DNA of 63,631 bases, counting the filler, from Globobulimina sp. (lineage: Eukaryota): assembly GCA_003354225.1 (NCBI GenBank). It is 27 parts of 27 records of this genome, joined end to end, with 100 filler letters (N's around TTAATTAATTAA, not from the genome) between each part and the next. Parts side by side here need not be neighbours in the genome. Positions count along the whole stretch, not along the records: positions 21,250 to 23,510 come from PIVH01007810.1; positions 23,611 to 25,871 come from PIVH01007811.1; positions 25,972 to 28,232 come from PIVH01007812.1; positions 28,333 to 30,593 come from PIVH01007813.1; positions 30,694 to 32,953 come from PIVH01007814.1; positions 33,054 to 35,313 come from PIVH01007815.1; 21 more parts are not named here. The stretch is one strand, 5' to 3'. The notes beneath the pieces were generated by a model. That model searched no databases. It saw only the letters and a program-made list of their open reading frames with translations, and had not been told where the DNA came from. Below are positions 23,111 to 35,413 of the stretch, piece by piece (position 1 is the first letter of the stretch; every line of letters begins with the position of its first letter). The translations under genes were made by a program, and so were the position numbers.

Positions 23111-23510
23111 ATGGTTAGATCAGCTGAATCCGAAACGTCTGGGATTATTTTTATTATAATATGTTGTTTTTTATTGGTTGAGATAATATATTTTCTCTGT
23201 GCTTTGTTGTGGTACAATTATCATAATCCACAACATTTCTCATTTTGGGCAGTCTGTGCAAAGAAATCAAATTCATGTGCATCAGGAACATCACACAGTG
23301 AATATTCGAAAATGGATAATTTTATTGCTTACGGCATTGATACCATTTTACATTGCATATTATTCCCATTATATCTAGCTGGTTTAATGGTCAATATTTC
23401 ACTCCGAATATATATTGAAAATATAAATATTTTGGTCTTAAAACAACAGGACAATTGGCTTAATCATGAATCATTTTGTAAGTATGGTTATGTTGCGCGT
23501 ATTATATTTC
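23111..23510 (+). CDS. Multi-pass membrane protein, 5' part
   Basis: ATG ORF with at least two TM segments, open to the contig end. Confidence 0.55.
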
Positions 23511-23610
23511 NNNNNNNNNNNNNNNNNNNNNNNNNNNNNNNNNNNNNNNNNNNNTTAATTAATTAANNNNNNNNNNNNNNNNNNNNNNNNNNNNNNNNNN
23601 NNNNNNNNNN

Positions 23611-25164
23611 CTCGCCATTGCTTCAATAGTAGTGATTATTGTTGTAGTTATTGGTGGTGTTGTTGGCTGAGATATTGTTGGCTGAGCAGTTGTTGGCTGG
23701 CCAGTTATTGGTGATAGTGTTGGATATGTAGTTGTTGGCTGTAATGTAGTTGGCTGTGCTGTCGTTGGCTGGGATGTCGTTGGCTGAGCAGTGGTTGGCT
23801 GGGATGTCGTTGGCTGAGCTGTCGTTGGCTGGGATGTCGTTGGCTGAGCAGTGGTTGGCTGAGCAGTTATCGGTGCAGGTGTTGGTTGAGACGTCGTTGG
23901 CTGATCAGTTATCGGAGCTGTACTTGGTTGAGATGTCGTTGGCTGGACAGTGGTTGGTTGAGTAGTTGTTGGCCGATCAGTTATTGGTGATACTGTTGGC
24001 TGCGCTGTTATTGGTGATAATGTTGTAGGCGATGACGTAGATGCGGTTGGAATGTCTGTTAAATCAGCTATATAAATATACCGCAATTAACGGCATTTTA
24101 AAAATGAAAACAAAACGTACATTTATGAATATACTTAACCCGTTACTAGATCACAGATCTGTACATCTGAAAGTGCGCCAAAACTATTATTTTCTCCGCC
24201 AAATATATATAATGCATTATTCAACACCAATGCCGCCGGAGCATCTATTTCCTGCGTCATCTTATAAACTGTATTTGAAACTGTTTCTGTTCTCACATCA
24301 AATGCAGTGATGTTGTTAGTGAATGGGAAACTGCCCACTGTATAAATAAAGTTATCAGCGTAGGCAGCCACGCCCCATGCTTGCAAATTTGGTAAATAAG
24401 CCACAAATGTCAGAAGCTGTGCAATTGCATTCCATTTATAAATCTTATTCGTATACTCAGGATTTCCAACACGCCCTCCCATAATAAATAAGTCATTGTT
24501 CACCATTGAACAACATTGATATCGATATCCTTTTTGTGTTGCAAGTTAAATAAAAGTATTTATATATGAGGAACAATTATATACCTCCAATATACGTGAA
24601 AGTGCCACCAAAATACCAAATAGACCATGTATTGGCAGCGATATTATATATCTGGATAACAGCGTCTCTACTTTGGTTTGAAGCGCCATTAAACCCATCA
24701 ACCATAAATATATGCGTACTGTTCGTAGTTAAGCAACCGTGTGAAAGTGGAATAATTGGTGCTGGAATTGGAATAGTGTGCGAAAGCCATGCTTCTGTGG
24801 CTGTGTCGAACACATAAATGTGTCCAGATACCGGTGAGGTCTCTTCCATTCCGATAAAATATATGAAATTATTTATTACAACGGCATTGTTGCCATAGGA
24901 GAAAAATCGGGTGGTTGGAGTTGAGCCAATTGGGTGAAACCATGAATTTGTGTCAGTTAAATTCCATTTGTACACAGTGTTGCGATCAGCATTGGTAGTT
25001 CGCCCACCAAATAGATAAACACTGTTTGAATAGTTGCTGTACACTGTAACATGACCAAAAGTTGGTTCTGGTAATGATTGGGTGTGATAATAACATGATT
25101 GTGAATCAATTATACCACACAACAGATGCAACAGCAAAACATGGTACAAGGTGCAATGCGCCAT
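23611..25164 (-). CDS. Secreted or surface Kelch-repeat protein with mucin-like QPTT stalk, three exons, 3'-partial
   Basis: Signal peptide; Kelch motifs VYLFGG, IFMVDG, LFIMGG, LYIFGG; QPTTA/QPTTS repeats. Confidence 0.8.
23660..24010 (-). repeat. Coding 15-bp tandem repeat (QPTTS/QPTTA)
   Basis: Recurring gtcgttggctg/gttggctg units. Confidence 0.85.
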
Positions 25165-25386
25165 GATCGACAAATTCATGACCAATTGTTTTGGAGAGGG
25201 GCGAAAAGGAATTAAAATTGAATAACTATCATTTGACAGAGTCTATATAAGGTATTTTTACGATAAAGCAAAAATGCCTATAGTACTCAGCAAAGAAAAC
25301 ACGATAAACACAATCACATAGCACAACATAAACAAAATTACAAAGCACTCGAAAAACAACACAAAAAATGTACAGAGACAAGTGTT

Positions 25387-25530
25387 CACATAAAAGCACC
25401 AAATTCAAAAACAGGCGCAGCCATTCCCATTCCACCCATATCATAAACACCAACATCCATATTCATGTCATATCCGCCATCATAACCTCCAGCGTCAATC
25501 TCTGGTTCTGGTTCCTCCATTTGTTCAATA
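25387..25530 (-). CDS. 3' end of a host-type gene, cut at a junction
   Basis: Manual translation EQMEEPEPEIDAGGYDGGYDMNMDVGVYDMGGMGMAAPVFEFGAFM*; in-frame stop just upstream. Confidence 0.45.
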
Positions 25531-25594
25531 TTCAGGCATTATGGCGCCTCCTGAAGAAAGCCCCTGGCTGGAGTCCTGAGACGCCTTGGTTGTC

Positions 25595-25871
25595 CGAGTT
25601 TGATGACGCATTCATGACCAGCGTAAAAGCAGAAGCGGAGGACAATGTACGCCGCATTCGTCATCATGCCTGCCTTGCTCTGTGGTGTGGCAACAATGAA
25701 TTGGAGGAATACCTGGTCGGCCCAGAATGGACGGATTTTACCATGAGTTGGGAGGATTACGGTAAATTGTTCGATGATTTGCTGCTGGAAGTAGTCACAA
25801 GACTCGACCCGCAACGCGATTACTGGCCAAGCAGCCCAAATACTCCACGCGGAGACCGACAGATTCATACC
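25595..25871 (+). CDS. GH2 beta-mannosidase internal fragment, bacterial-like
   Basis: EAEDNVRRIRHHACLALWCGNNE...LDPQRDYWPSSP; visibly GC-richer than the rest of the contig. Confidence 0.85.
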
Positions 25872-25971
25872 NNNNNNNNNNNNNNNNNNNNNNNNNNNNN
25901 NNNNNNNNNNNNNNNTTAATTAATTAANNNNNNNNNNNNNNNNNNNNNNNNNNNNNNNNNNNNNNNNNNNN

Positions 25972-27001
25972 TTGGATATACTGTTATTGCGTTATGGGGT
26001 CATACATCCACACCGGACAATAATGAATTGCTCCCAAATGGTGGTCCAGATGGAAGGAATGGTGATCAACCGCGCTTTATTCGAGTTTATAATAATTTAA
26101 TGAGAGAAATTGGTTTATTTCAAAAACAATCAAGTTTATATTTCCAAGCAGTTTCATGCCAAAACACTATTGAATCCAACATTTTTTTTAACGGACCACG
26201 GTTAGTTTATTCTCGTCTATATTCCAAACTGCTTCTTTTTGAAAAAAGGTTTTTATTTGTTATTTAAAGGGCTGCTGTTAATTTTAATGATGGCTTTGGT
26301 GGAGCAAATGTATTAAGATACAATTTATTGATAAATGCCGTTCGCGAATCTGGAGATCACGGACCGTTTAACAGTTGGAATCGGGTAAAAATACACAACT
26401 GTCACAACAATATGAAGCTAGGCATAATTATGTTGTATATTTTTGCTCGTTTAAAACTTAAAAGGTTCCATATGTGACCAATGTGAATATGGCAAATAAT
26501 GGCGGCAAAGCTAGCATAATAGCAGCATTTAATGAGATTTATGAAAATTTTGTGATTGGTACTTATGAAACACAGGAAGGGATTGATAATGATGATGGAA
26601 GCGCACAATATTTAACTTTTAGAAATTTTTTTGTTTATGGCAATAATGGATTAAAATCAGATTTTGATGGCAATTCAAATCATCATTATGAAAATATATA
26701 TGCATATATCAACAATGCATATGGTTCTGGCTCTGATGGTACGTCCGCAAACAATGAATTTAGAAATAATTCTGTTATTTTTAGGAGCGATAATGGAGGA
26801 TATTTATCAACTTGTATTGATACGCCTGGTTTTGTTATATATGGTAATACATTATTTAATCCATCTGGAACATTAAATGTATGTAATATGACATTGCAGC
26901 AATGGGTCGCAAAAGGGAATGATCCTGGCACCACAATAAATAAACTGCCTACTGACCAGCAAATTATTAATGCAGCAAAACAATTGCTACCTAAATGGTG
27001 A
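25972..27001 (+). CDS. Right-handed beta-helix (pectin-lyase fold) protein, C-terminal part; introns 26201..26269 and 26385..26464
   Basis: Spliced sequence ...NGPR|AAVNFNDGFGG...RESGDHGPFNSWNR|VPYV...IDNDDGS. Confidence 0.75.
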
Positions 27002-27112
27002 TTAAACAAAATTAATACATTTTCAAAAACAAATGTTTTCGCTCGAAGTTTTTCGTTATTTCAAGACTACCTGAATGGCCACTAAAATGCGTCTTGTAAA
27101 ACCATCAACACC

Positions 27113-28232
27113 ATGACCACATACGCAAAACATTGGAGAATACATGAAAACAAACACATAACATACACGTTAATTGGTGTATCACTGCTATTAATAATAT
27201 TTTCAATAACAGTACATTTTTATAACCATTTTAAATGTCAAAAATGTTGTCCAGCACCACCCCGACCAATGGTGGCATTGCCTCACCAGCGATCAAGCAG
27301 CGTCATCAAATCTGCACTGAAGGTAATTATGTGTACGTTTTTATATGTTTTTAACACCGAAACACAGGTCGGGATTTCTAACAAAACATCATTATAATTG
27401 AGTGAAATGCCACAATTGTTAGAAATCCAGAACTCTGATCTACAGAAAATATGTATCACTAAATATGATTATATCACAGTATAAAAACCTTCAATGTTTA
27501 TGCGGAACAGCTGACGGTGAAAACTTTGATTTTTTCCCGATGGCGTTCCTATTTTATTTAATATTTTTGGTATTTGTATGTTTTATCTTGATACTAAAAA
27601 TGCTTCTTATCCACACAAACAACAACCATCTCATTGCTGATTATAACGTTAAATATCCATCAATTAACCTCCATAATATCGGGACTAATTATTATGGCAA
27701 TAATTATGAAAATTTATCTCATTTCTTGATAAAAAGCATCGATATCACTGTAATATATTTAATTATGATAATATCATTAATTGAATCATTATTTACATTT
27801 TATAGATTTTATACCACATTAATGACCACCAAACATTTGTTATTAATAACAATACAGTATGTTCTTAAAAAATTCGCATGCTACACATTATTATTTGTGA
27901 CATTATATGCAACCACCATCCATTTATACTTTTGGATGTTCCCATTTGTGATTTTAATACATTGCGTGTTTAATATTTATTGTAATTGGCGTTTTACCTC
28001 CATACTAATAATGACCTATTCAACTTTTTTTAATTCGAATAGAAATTCAAGCCGCATATCAGTAGAAGCATTGGACGACGCAAACCGCGAAGTGCTCCAA
28101 TCAGCATATTTTATGCGCAAAGTATCTTTAATAGCTACATTCATTCAAATTTTATATTTAACCATATTTATGTGTATTTATTATGTAAATATGAACTTAA
28201 TCATTTTTTATTTACCTATTTTATGGTCTATT
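27113..28232 (+). CDS. Multi-pass membrane protein, probably spliced, 3'-partial
   Basis: ORFs 27113..27397 and 27465..28280, both with several TM segments. Confidence 0.55.
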
Positions 28233-28332
28233 NNNNNNNNNNNNNNNNNNNNNNNNNNNNNNNNNNNNNNNNNNNNTTAATTAATTAANNNNNNNNNNNN
28301 NNNNNNNNNNNNNNNNNNNNNNNNNNNNNNNN

Positions 28333-30510
28333 TGATGCGTGGGATGAAGTGGATGGTTCACAGTGTACTTTGTTTAAATCCGTCAAACATTTATCCAACA
28401 ATCAATTGATATATTTATTAAATAATTACTTCTTTCAACAAATAGGAAAACAAAAAACGAAATTATTGAAATATAAATCTCAAATCGTGGAATATTTTGC
28501 AAATAAAAAAATTGATGGGAGCAAATTTGTGGCAATGAATAAAAAAGTGTTTGGAAAAGAATTAAAAAAGTATTGCGGCGACAGAACATTAACCGGTGCA
28601 TTATTGCAATTACATAAAGTAATGAAAGAGTGTGATTTGAGGAAAGTGAATGATTTGCCAACAGCCGTTGAAGACGCACAAGAAAGTGAGTATTACGCAG
28701 AGATAATAAGTGATTGTCCGGCTTTGCAAAGAGTGGGAATCGTATTGCTACATTTTGAGCAAATGACTGCTAAAGTTTAGTGAAAGAAATTTGTCTGTTG
28801 TTACTTGGTAATGTTTGTGCTTTACATAGTTACCGATGACAAATAATGTTTATCCCTATAATATTCATGATTACTTTCAATATTTTCCTGGTTATTCGCC
28901 AGTTGATTTTTTAAATGACATTGACCATATCGTTAAACACAAAATAAAACACCAACAATCATGCGATGAGGGCCAATCTTGCATTCATATTCGCCGCGCA
29001 TTGAGGGATCGCCACGCAGCACACTGCAAAACAATAGATTTAAAGAAGCAATTTTTTCATACGAACAATCAAAATGATTTTGTTTACATTTCAATGTTAG
29101 ACCGAGCTCATTGTTTATTGAAACATTCTGAGGATATTGCTGATAAAATGAAGAAAAATATAAAATTAATGCAAGATGATGCCGTAACAATATCGCACCA
29201 TCAATACAATACTGGCGTTTATATGGAATATCATACATTAAAGCCATTGTGGCAGAATTTATTTGGTGAGATTGTAAGAAATGAGAAATGTGAGGTGACC
29301 GAAGATCAATTTAATTCTGAATTGGAAGCATCAAAATTATTTTTAAAAACTGACAATATTGTCAACGAGTGGAGAGCCTGCAAAACAGATTCAAAATATG
29401 GCATAAAAGTGAATGAGCCGATGCATATTGAACACGTTTTATGCATCAAATTTTATACTAATTATTCTCAATTATGTGAACAATTTAGAACCTCATATCG
29501 GAAAAATAGTGTTGAGGACACCACCGATGATATTATCCGTAAACATTGCAACAATCATTATTGGTTTGGCAGGTTTTTGACGACTTCCATCGAGTTTTGG
29601 GGCGAAATTCCAAATAAATCAGATACTTTTTATCATGGCTTATCCGGAAAATTTGTCTTTCGTCATTTTTCTGCGGTTTATGAGATTCCTACGTCGACAA
29701 CTTGGGATATTGTGGTAGCTCAAAATTTTTGTGACGCCAATGGTATGTCTTTTGTTCCACTAAAATGGCAATTATTAAACAGATAATATTTATGTTGCAA
29801 CTGACCCAAAGGAATTGTATTAAAACTTTCTCCCAAATATACGGACGAAGTGAACAATTCGCGCTGTTTAGATGTGAGCGGATTGAGTGAGTTTCAGGGC
29901 GAAAAAGAGAAATTAGTTTAGTATATATTTGTGACGTACTTTGTTTCATATGTTTGCTAAATGTGCGCTGTAAACTAAGTTTGCCGGAATGACAGTATTA
30001 AGTATCACAAATATTTATAATCCATCGGATAATGAATGGGACGGTTACAGTGAATATGTAGCATCTTTTTTATATTTTGAGCGGATTATTCAACAAACAA
30101 ATCAACAGAAACAACATTATAATCACGGCAAAGTTAGAAAATACATACAAAAGAAATGTTTGGTGCCATTAATAAAGCATCAGATGCAACGAAATGGATA
30201 TGATGACGATGCAGACGAGAAAGAAGATGATGGTCAGAAATTACCGAAATATATTTGTACATTATTTGAGTTTTTTTGTGATAATAAGAGGGATTATATC
30301 GATTTAAGTTGCATTAATGAAGAGATTCCAGCAATGCATAAGTCATTGCAAACCGTATTATTTACAGATATTAAATTTGCAGAGAGCTCGCGAGACGGTG
30401 ATATGGTGAGAGAGTATAAAGTGAATAATGAAAATATTAAGTTCATATTTCCGCATTTGGTGGAATATAAAAATCATCTGAGCAATTGGATATATGTTGG
30501 CTCCAACTGA
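28333..30510 (+). CDS. ADP-ribosyltransferase-like protein, 5'-partial; introns 28775..28829, 29743..29811, 29916..29979
   Basis: Three GT-AG introns join the ORFs in frame; IKFYT, FYHG, PTSTT, LDVSGLSEFQGEKEKL. Confidence 0.65.
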
Positions 30511-30693
30511 TAACTGATTGTTTTTTTATAATAAATACTGTTGCTTTTTTTATATATTTTATTTAGTATTTGTATACCTACACTTTGCAAACCNNNNNNN
30601 NNNNNNNNNNNNNNNNNNNNNNNNNNNNNNNNNNNNNTTAATTAATTAANNNNNNNNNNNNNNNNNNNNNNNNNNNNNNNNNNNNNNNNNNNN

Positions 30694-32539
30694 TTAAACA
30701 AACGATGCTCAATTTTATGTTAGTTCAAGCATCGAGAATGATAACCACTGCATTGGGCGACACGTGGTCAGGTTTGCCATATATTTACATTTTTGTATTC
30801 GGCATAAACTGCGAAATAAATGAATCAACATTTGAGGTGCACGTTGGATGGATTTTGTGCTCTCAGTCATGTGGTTGTTGGACAACGGTGGCAGTGTAAT
30901 TAGCGGACACGAACAAGACTTAGAAGATGTGATTCGATTATCGCATCAACAAGGATTCAATTGGTCTGTTTTCGCACAATAATGTTTCCAATATATTGCT
31001 ATAATTTTATTTTGAATTTCAGGGAGGATTGGTTTCAAAATAAATTGCCTGATGGCGCAGTAACGGGTGGAATGAATTTATATACGCACGGCGTTAACAA
31101 TGCGCAAGCATTCAAATCCGCAGCAGTCTATTATCGATATTCAAAGAACGAGACATTGAGAAAACTGTCCATAAACCGATTATTTAAAATGGACGCATAT
31201 CAGGGACAAGCAACTGGGCTCTTTGGTATGTTGCATGCTCCACTTTTTCTAACTAATTTGCATAATATTTATTTCTTTCTAGGTTCTGATGAACATTTAG
31301 GTATTGTATTCTTTGTATTTCGCGTTGTTGGCGACGCAATGATTGCAAATATTTATTATTTCAGCGGGAAGAATGCCATCGAGAGGAACAGAAACATGCA
31401 CAGTGGTGGAATATATGTGGTCCATGCAAATAATGTTTCGCGTATTTGGCGATGTTCGTTATTTGGATCGTTTGGAACGTATTACGATGAATGCATTGCC
31501 GGCAACATTTGGGAGCCCCGCTGGTGGCGATATGTGGGCACATCAGTATTTGCAGCAAAATAACGAAATCAATTCCATGTTTACTAACCCTCATATTTGG
31601 GCCTCTGATGGTCCAAATGCCACTGTCTATGGATTGGCTCCAAACTATGGTTAATTACTGCTTTTATATTGTCATATTTCCATCTTTTATAATTATTGAT
31701 ATGTATATATGTATTGTACAGGCTGTTGCACTGCCAATTTGAATCAAGGTTGGCCTAAGTTTGCTGCAGCAGTTTATTCGACTGTTAGTGATGGAGTAGC
31801 GATTGGAATTTATGCGCCGTCACAAACAAAGGGCGTAGTTAATGGCATGGCGTCGATACATATTGTGACAAATTATCCCTTTCAAGATGGCATAAGCATT
31901 AATATTAACGCTCAGAAAGCTTTTAATTTATATTTAAGAATTCCCAGTTGGACAAATGTTGGGGACGTTGCGTTAAAATTGGACAACAATCAACCGGTTG
32001 ATCCGAAAAGTATAATCAATGGAACTATGTATAAATTAGCAATATCGTCTGGTGGCTCACATGTGGTTTCATTGGATTTTCATCCCAAAGTGCGAATATA
32101 TAAAGGATATAATGGCAGTGTTTCGTTGTTGCGAGGTTCACTTTTATTTAGTTTGCCAATACAGGGACAATATCAAGTTGTAGCAAATTATGACTTTGAC
32201 TCGAAAGATTATTGGTGTTTACCACAATCGAAATGGAATTATGCGCTGATTATTGATGATTTAAATAATATTGAAAAGTATGTACAAGTTCAAAATGCAA
32301 ATTGGGTGAATGGACATGCTCCTTTTAACCGTACGGATATTCCGATAATGTTACAAGTCAATGCAAATGAATTATATTCATGGGGAACTGCTGAGAGTGC
32401 CGCTGCGCCACCACCACGATCACCGGCATGTGCAAATAAAGCAAATTGTAATCCAACTGTGGTGCAATTAACATTAGTACCGCATGGTACCACTGACTTG
32501 AGAATTGCTGAATTTCCTCTTGCAAATACAAATTATTAA
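30694..32539 (+). CDS. GH127/GH146-type beta-L-arabinofuranosidase-like glycosidase, multi-exon, 5'-partial
   Basis: HGVNNAQA, spliced GSDEHLAGRMPSRGTETCTVVE, YGCCTANLNQGWPKF, TNYPF, LRIPSW; introns 31226..31282, 31301..31364, 31650..31721. Confidence 0.88.
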
Positions 32540-33053
32540 ATACCTTTTTAGTTAAACCATCGTGGCAGCACTACAGTCGTTTAAACAAATCAACAGGACA
32601 ATGTTCCGAAGCGTAGACCTGAGCTATCTGCAGGTATTATCATTCGCACTTTTTTGTGAAGAATTTTATCATTTCATTTTCTACTAAGTAACTTTAATTG
32701 TTTTTTGTTCTGTTTTTTCTTAAACTAACGCGATACTAGTAATGGATAAATTACATTCTGCTTACAACGATGACACACATTTTGTTGCAGTGGCTGTACG
32801 CGAAACTAATGAAACACCACCGCCAGATAATTAAGGAAGAAGGTGCGATAACACCCATTGTATCAGAAGAACAGCTGCCAATGTTTACAATCAATGGTCA
32901 ATCTGAATCTGGTCCCACTGAAATAATTACACGTTCAGATACACAATTTGAATNNNNNNNNNNNNNNNNNNNNNNNNNNNNNNNNNNNNNNNNNNNNTTA
33001 ATTAATTAANNNNNNNNNNNNNNNNNNNNNNNNNNNNNNNNNNNNNNNNNNNN

Positions 33054-35084
33054 ACGCACTGTTTGTCACTACTAATAAATTGTAATTTTGATCAACCAGA
33101 AAGTGTAATTTTCGAATCGCCCCCATTTGAAAATAAAAATAAAAATCACAATAAAAATGTAAAAATATTTATTTCGGGAATCAACCATATTAATACAAAC
33201 AATGCGATATATTCAACCATAAACATAATAAATGCCTTGGATGGATCTGTTGTATCACAAATTAAATTAAATGATTTATCAAATAATGAAAATAATTATT
33301 TTGTGGTCTTTGCAGAGGCCTGCGATGATTTAGACAAATATGAGAATTATATGCATTGTCAACAAGTGGATGAACAGTTATTATATGGTCAGCAGCTACA
33401 AATTGTAGAAATATTATCAAATAAAGTTGGTATTAATTATGAATATATTCAACCACCAAATGTTGCCATTATGGTCAAAAAATATAAAAATAGTTACAAC
33501 AGATATTCAAACACATATAACACAGATACAAAGCATGCAAAAAATGATAAGCAACAGGACAAGAATAAAGCAAATATTATTTTTATAATGCTGGATGATT
33601 TGGGTTGGCGAGATGCTGGTTATAACAACGCGGAATATGTGACGCCAAATATTGATGAGCTGGCATCCAGCGGCATAATACTGAATAATTATTATGTTCA
33701 TCCCGTCTGTACACCAACAAGAACTGCACTGTATACTGGAAGATATGCATTTCGATACAATCTAACAATACCAATAGGTATTGGACAGCGAAGGTATTTA
33801 CCTATGGACGAGTTAATATTACCTGAGATATTATCAGTTAATGGTTATGACACTCATTTGATCGGAAAGTGGCACGCTGGTAATCCATATTGGCGCAATT
33901 TTCCATTTAACAGAGGTTTTGACACTTTTTATGGATATTCGGGTGGTTATATTCATTATTATGACCATACACAATGTTGGCAAACATGGAATGGTACTCC
34001 ATATCCAAGTATATCTGGTGAGAATAATTTACGTTTATTAAGTACATTTTTTCCTGAAGGTTTATGTGTATATGATTTCTTTGACCAAAATGAATTGGAG
34101 TTCAATGAAAATTATTCTACAAACTTATTAAGTAACCGTGCAATGGAATTAATTTCTGCCAAAAACAGTAAATCAGCTCCCTTTTTTATGCTAATATCTT
34201 TAGGTACGCCGCATACACCAATTGTGGAACCACCCCAATTATTTTCAGAATGTGATGCGTCATTACAGCTCTATGGTGTGGGTAGATATAATTATTGCAA
34301 TATGATATTACTCGCAGATCAGGAAATTGGTCGCATTGTAAATGCATTGAAACAAAACAATTTATGGCACGAATCAGTGTTGATAGTGAGCACAGATAAT
34401 GGCGGTATTGCCAATGTAGAACCTGATAATATTGTCTATGGCTCCTTTAGTAGCAATATACCATTGCGAGGGAATAAAGGGACGCCATTTGAAGGCGGCA
34501 ATCGTGGCCTTGCTTTCGTGAATGGTGGTTTTATAAATGAATATAATTTAAATGGTGCGATTAATAATAAATTATATTTTGTGGCAGATTGGTATGAAAC
34601 AATAATAAATGGAATTGCTGAAATTGATATTGATTTTAGTGCCAACGCATTGGATTCATATAATATTTGGGAGTCGCTTATTGATGAAAATGAAGTTTCT
34701 CCGCGAAATGAATGGAGCTGGACAGTAAATTTTGGTGGCTCACCAACTGCGCTTCGACAAAATAATTGGAAATTAGTGCAAGGCGCAGTATTATTACGTG
34801 ATGGTTATTGGGATGTAAATAATATGACATTGGCACCCGGACAAAATATGTCTGACACATTGTATTTATTTAATATTTCAAGTGATGAAATTGAACATTT
34901 TAATTTAAAAGATGATTATCCTCAAATTGTTGAACATTTACAAGACAGATTATTGGAAATACAAAATCAAGGTTTTACGCCAAGTAATGATATCTTTGAG
35001 ATTGAGGGATTTGTGATTGCTATGTTGAGTGGAACATCGTTACCGTATTTAGAATTAACGCAAGAAATTACCATTGATGTTTAA
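33054..35084 (+). CDS. Arylsulfatase (ARSB-like S1 sulfatase) with N-terminal extension, 5'-partial
   Basis: NIIFIMLDDLGW, formylglycine motif CTPTR, GKWH, RGFD, TDNGG, PLRGNKG. Confidence 0.95.
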   Translation, partial: THCLSLLINCNFDQPESVIFESPPFENKNKNHNKNVKIFISGINHINTNNAIYSTINIINALDGSVVSQIKLNDLSNNENNYFVVFAEACDDLDKYENYMHCQQVDEQLLYGQQLQIVEILSNKVGINYEYIQPPNVAIMVKKYKNSYNRYSNTYNTDTKHAKNDKQQDKNKANIIFIMLDDLGWRDAGYNNAEYVTPNIDELASSGIILNNYYVHPVCTPTRTALYTGRYAFRYNLTIPIGIGQRRYLPMDELILPEILSVNGYDTHLIGKWHAGNPYWRNFPFNRGFDTFYGYSGGYIHYYDHTQCWQTWNGTPYPSISGENNLRLLSTFFPEGLCVYDFFDQNELEFNENYSTNLLSNRAMELISAKNSKSAPFFMLISLGTPHTPIVEPPQLFSECDASLQLYGVGRYNYCNMILLADQEIGRIVNALKQNNLWHESVLIVSTDNGGIANVEPDNIVYGSFSSNIPLRGNKGTPFEGGNRGLAFVNGGFINEYNLNGAINNKLYFVADWYETIINGIAEIDIDFSANALDSYNIWESLIDENEVSPRNEWSWTVNFGGSPTALRQNNWKLVQGAVLLRDGYWDVNNMTLAPGQNMSDTLYLFNISSDEIEHFNLKDDYPQIVEHLQDRLLEIQNQGFTPSNDIFEIEGFVIAMLSGTSLPYLELTQEITIDV

Positions 35085-35413
35085 ATGAACATTGTACGTA
35101 TCTTTATTATATTAAATCTATGTATTATTTTATGTATTATGTGTTATTAATACTTATTATGTTATTATTTTATTTATTGTCATACGCACAACATTGGCTC
35201 TTTCCACAGAAACGGTACGATTTTGTGACCTTTTGTAAACAAAAAGACACGAAAAAAAAACACAGTCAAACACAAACGAAATCATAGTCAACAGAAACAA
35301 GTATTATTGGATGNNNNNNNNNNNNNNNNNNNNNNNNNNNNNNNNNNNNNNNNNNNNTTAATTAATTAANNNNNNNNNNNNNNNNNNNNNNNNNNNNNNN
35401 NNNNNNNNNNNNN

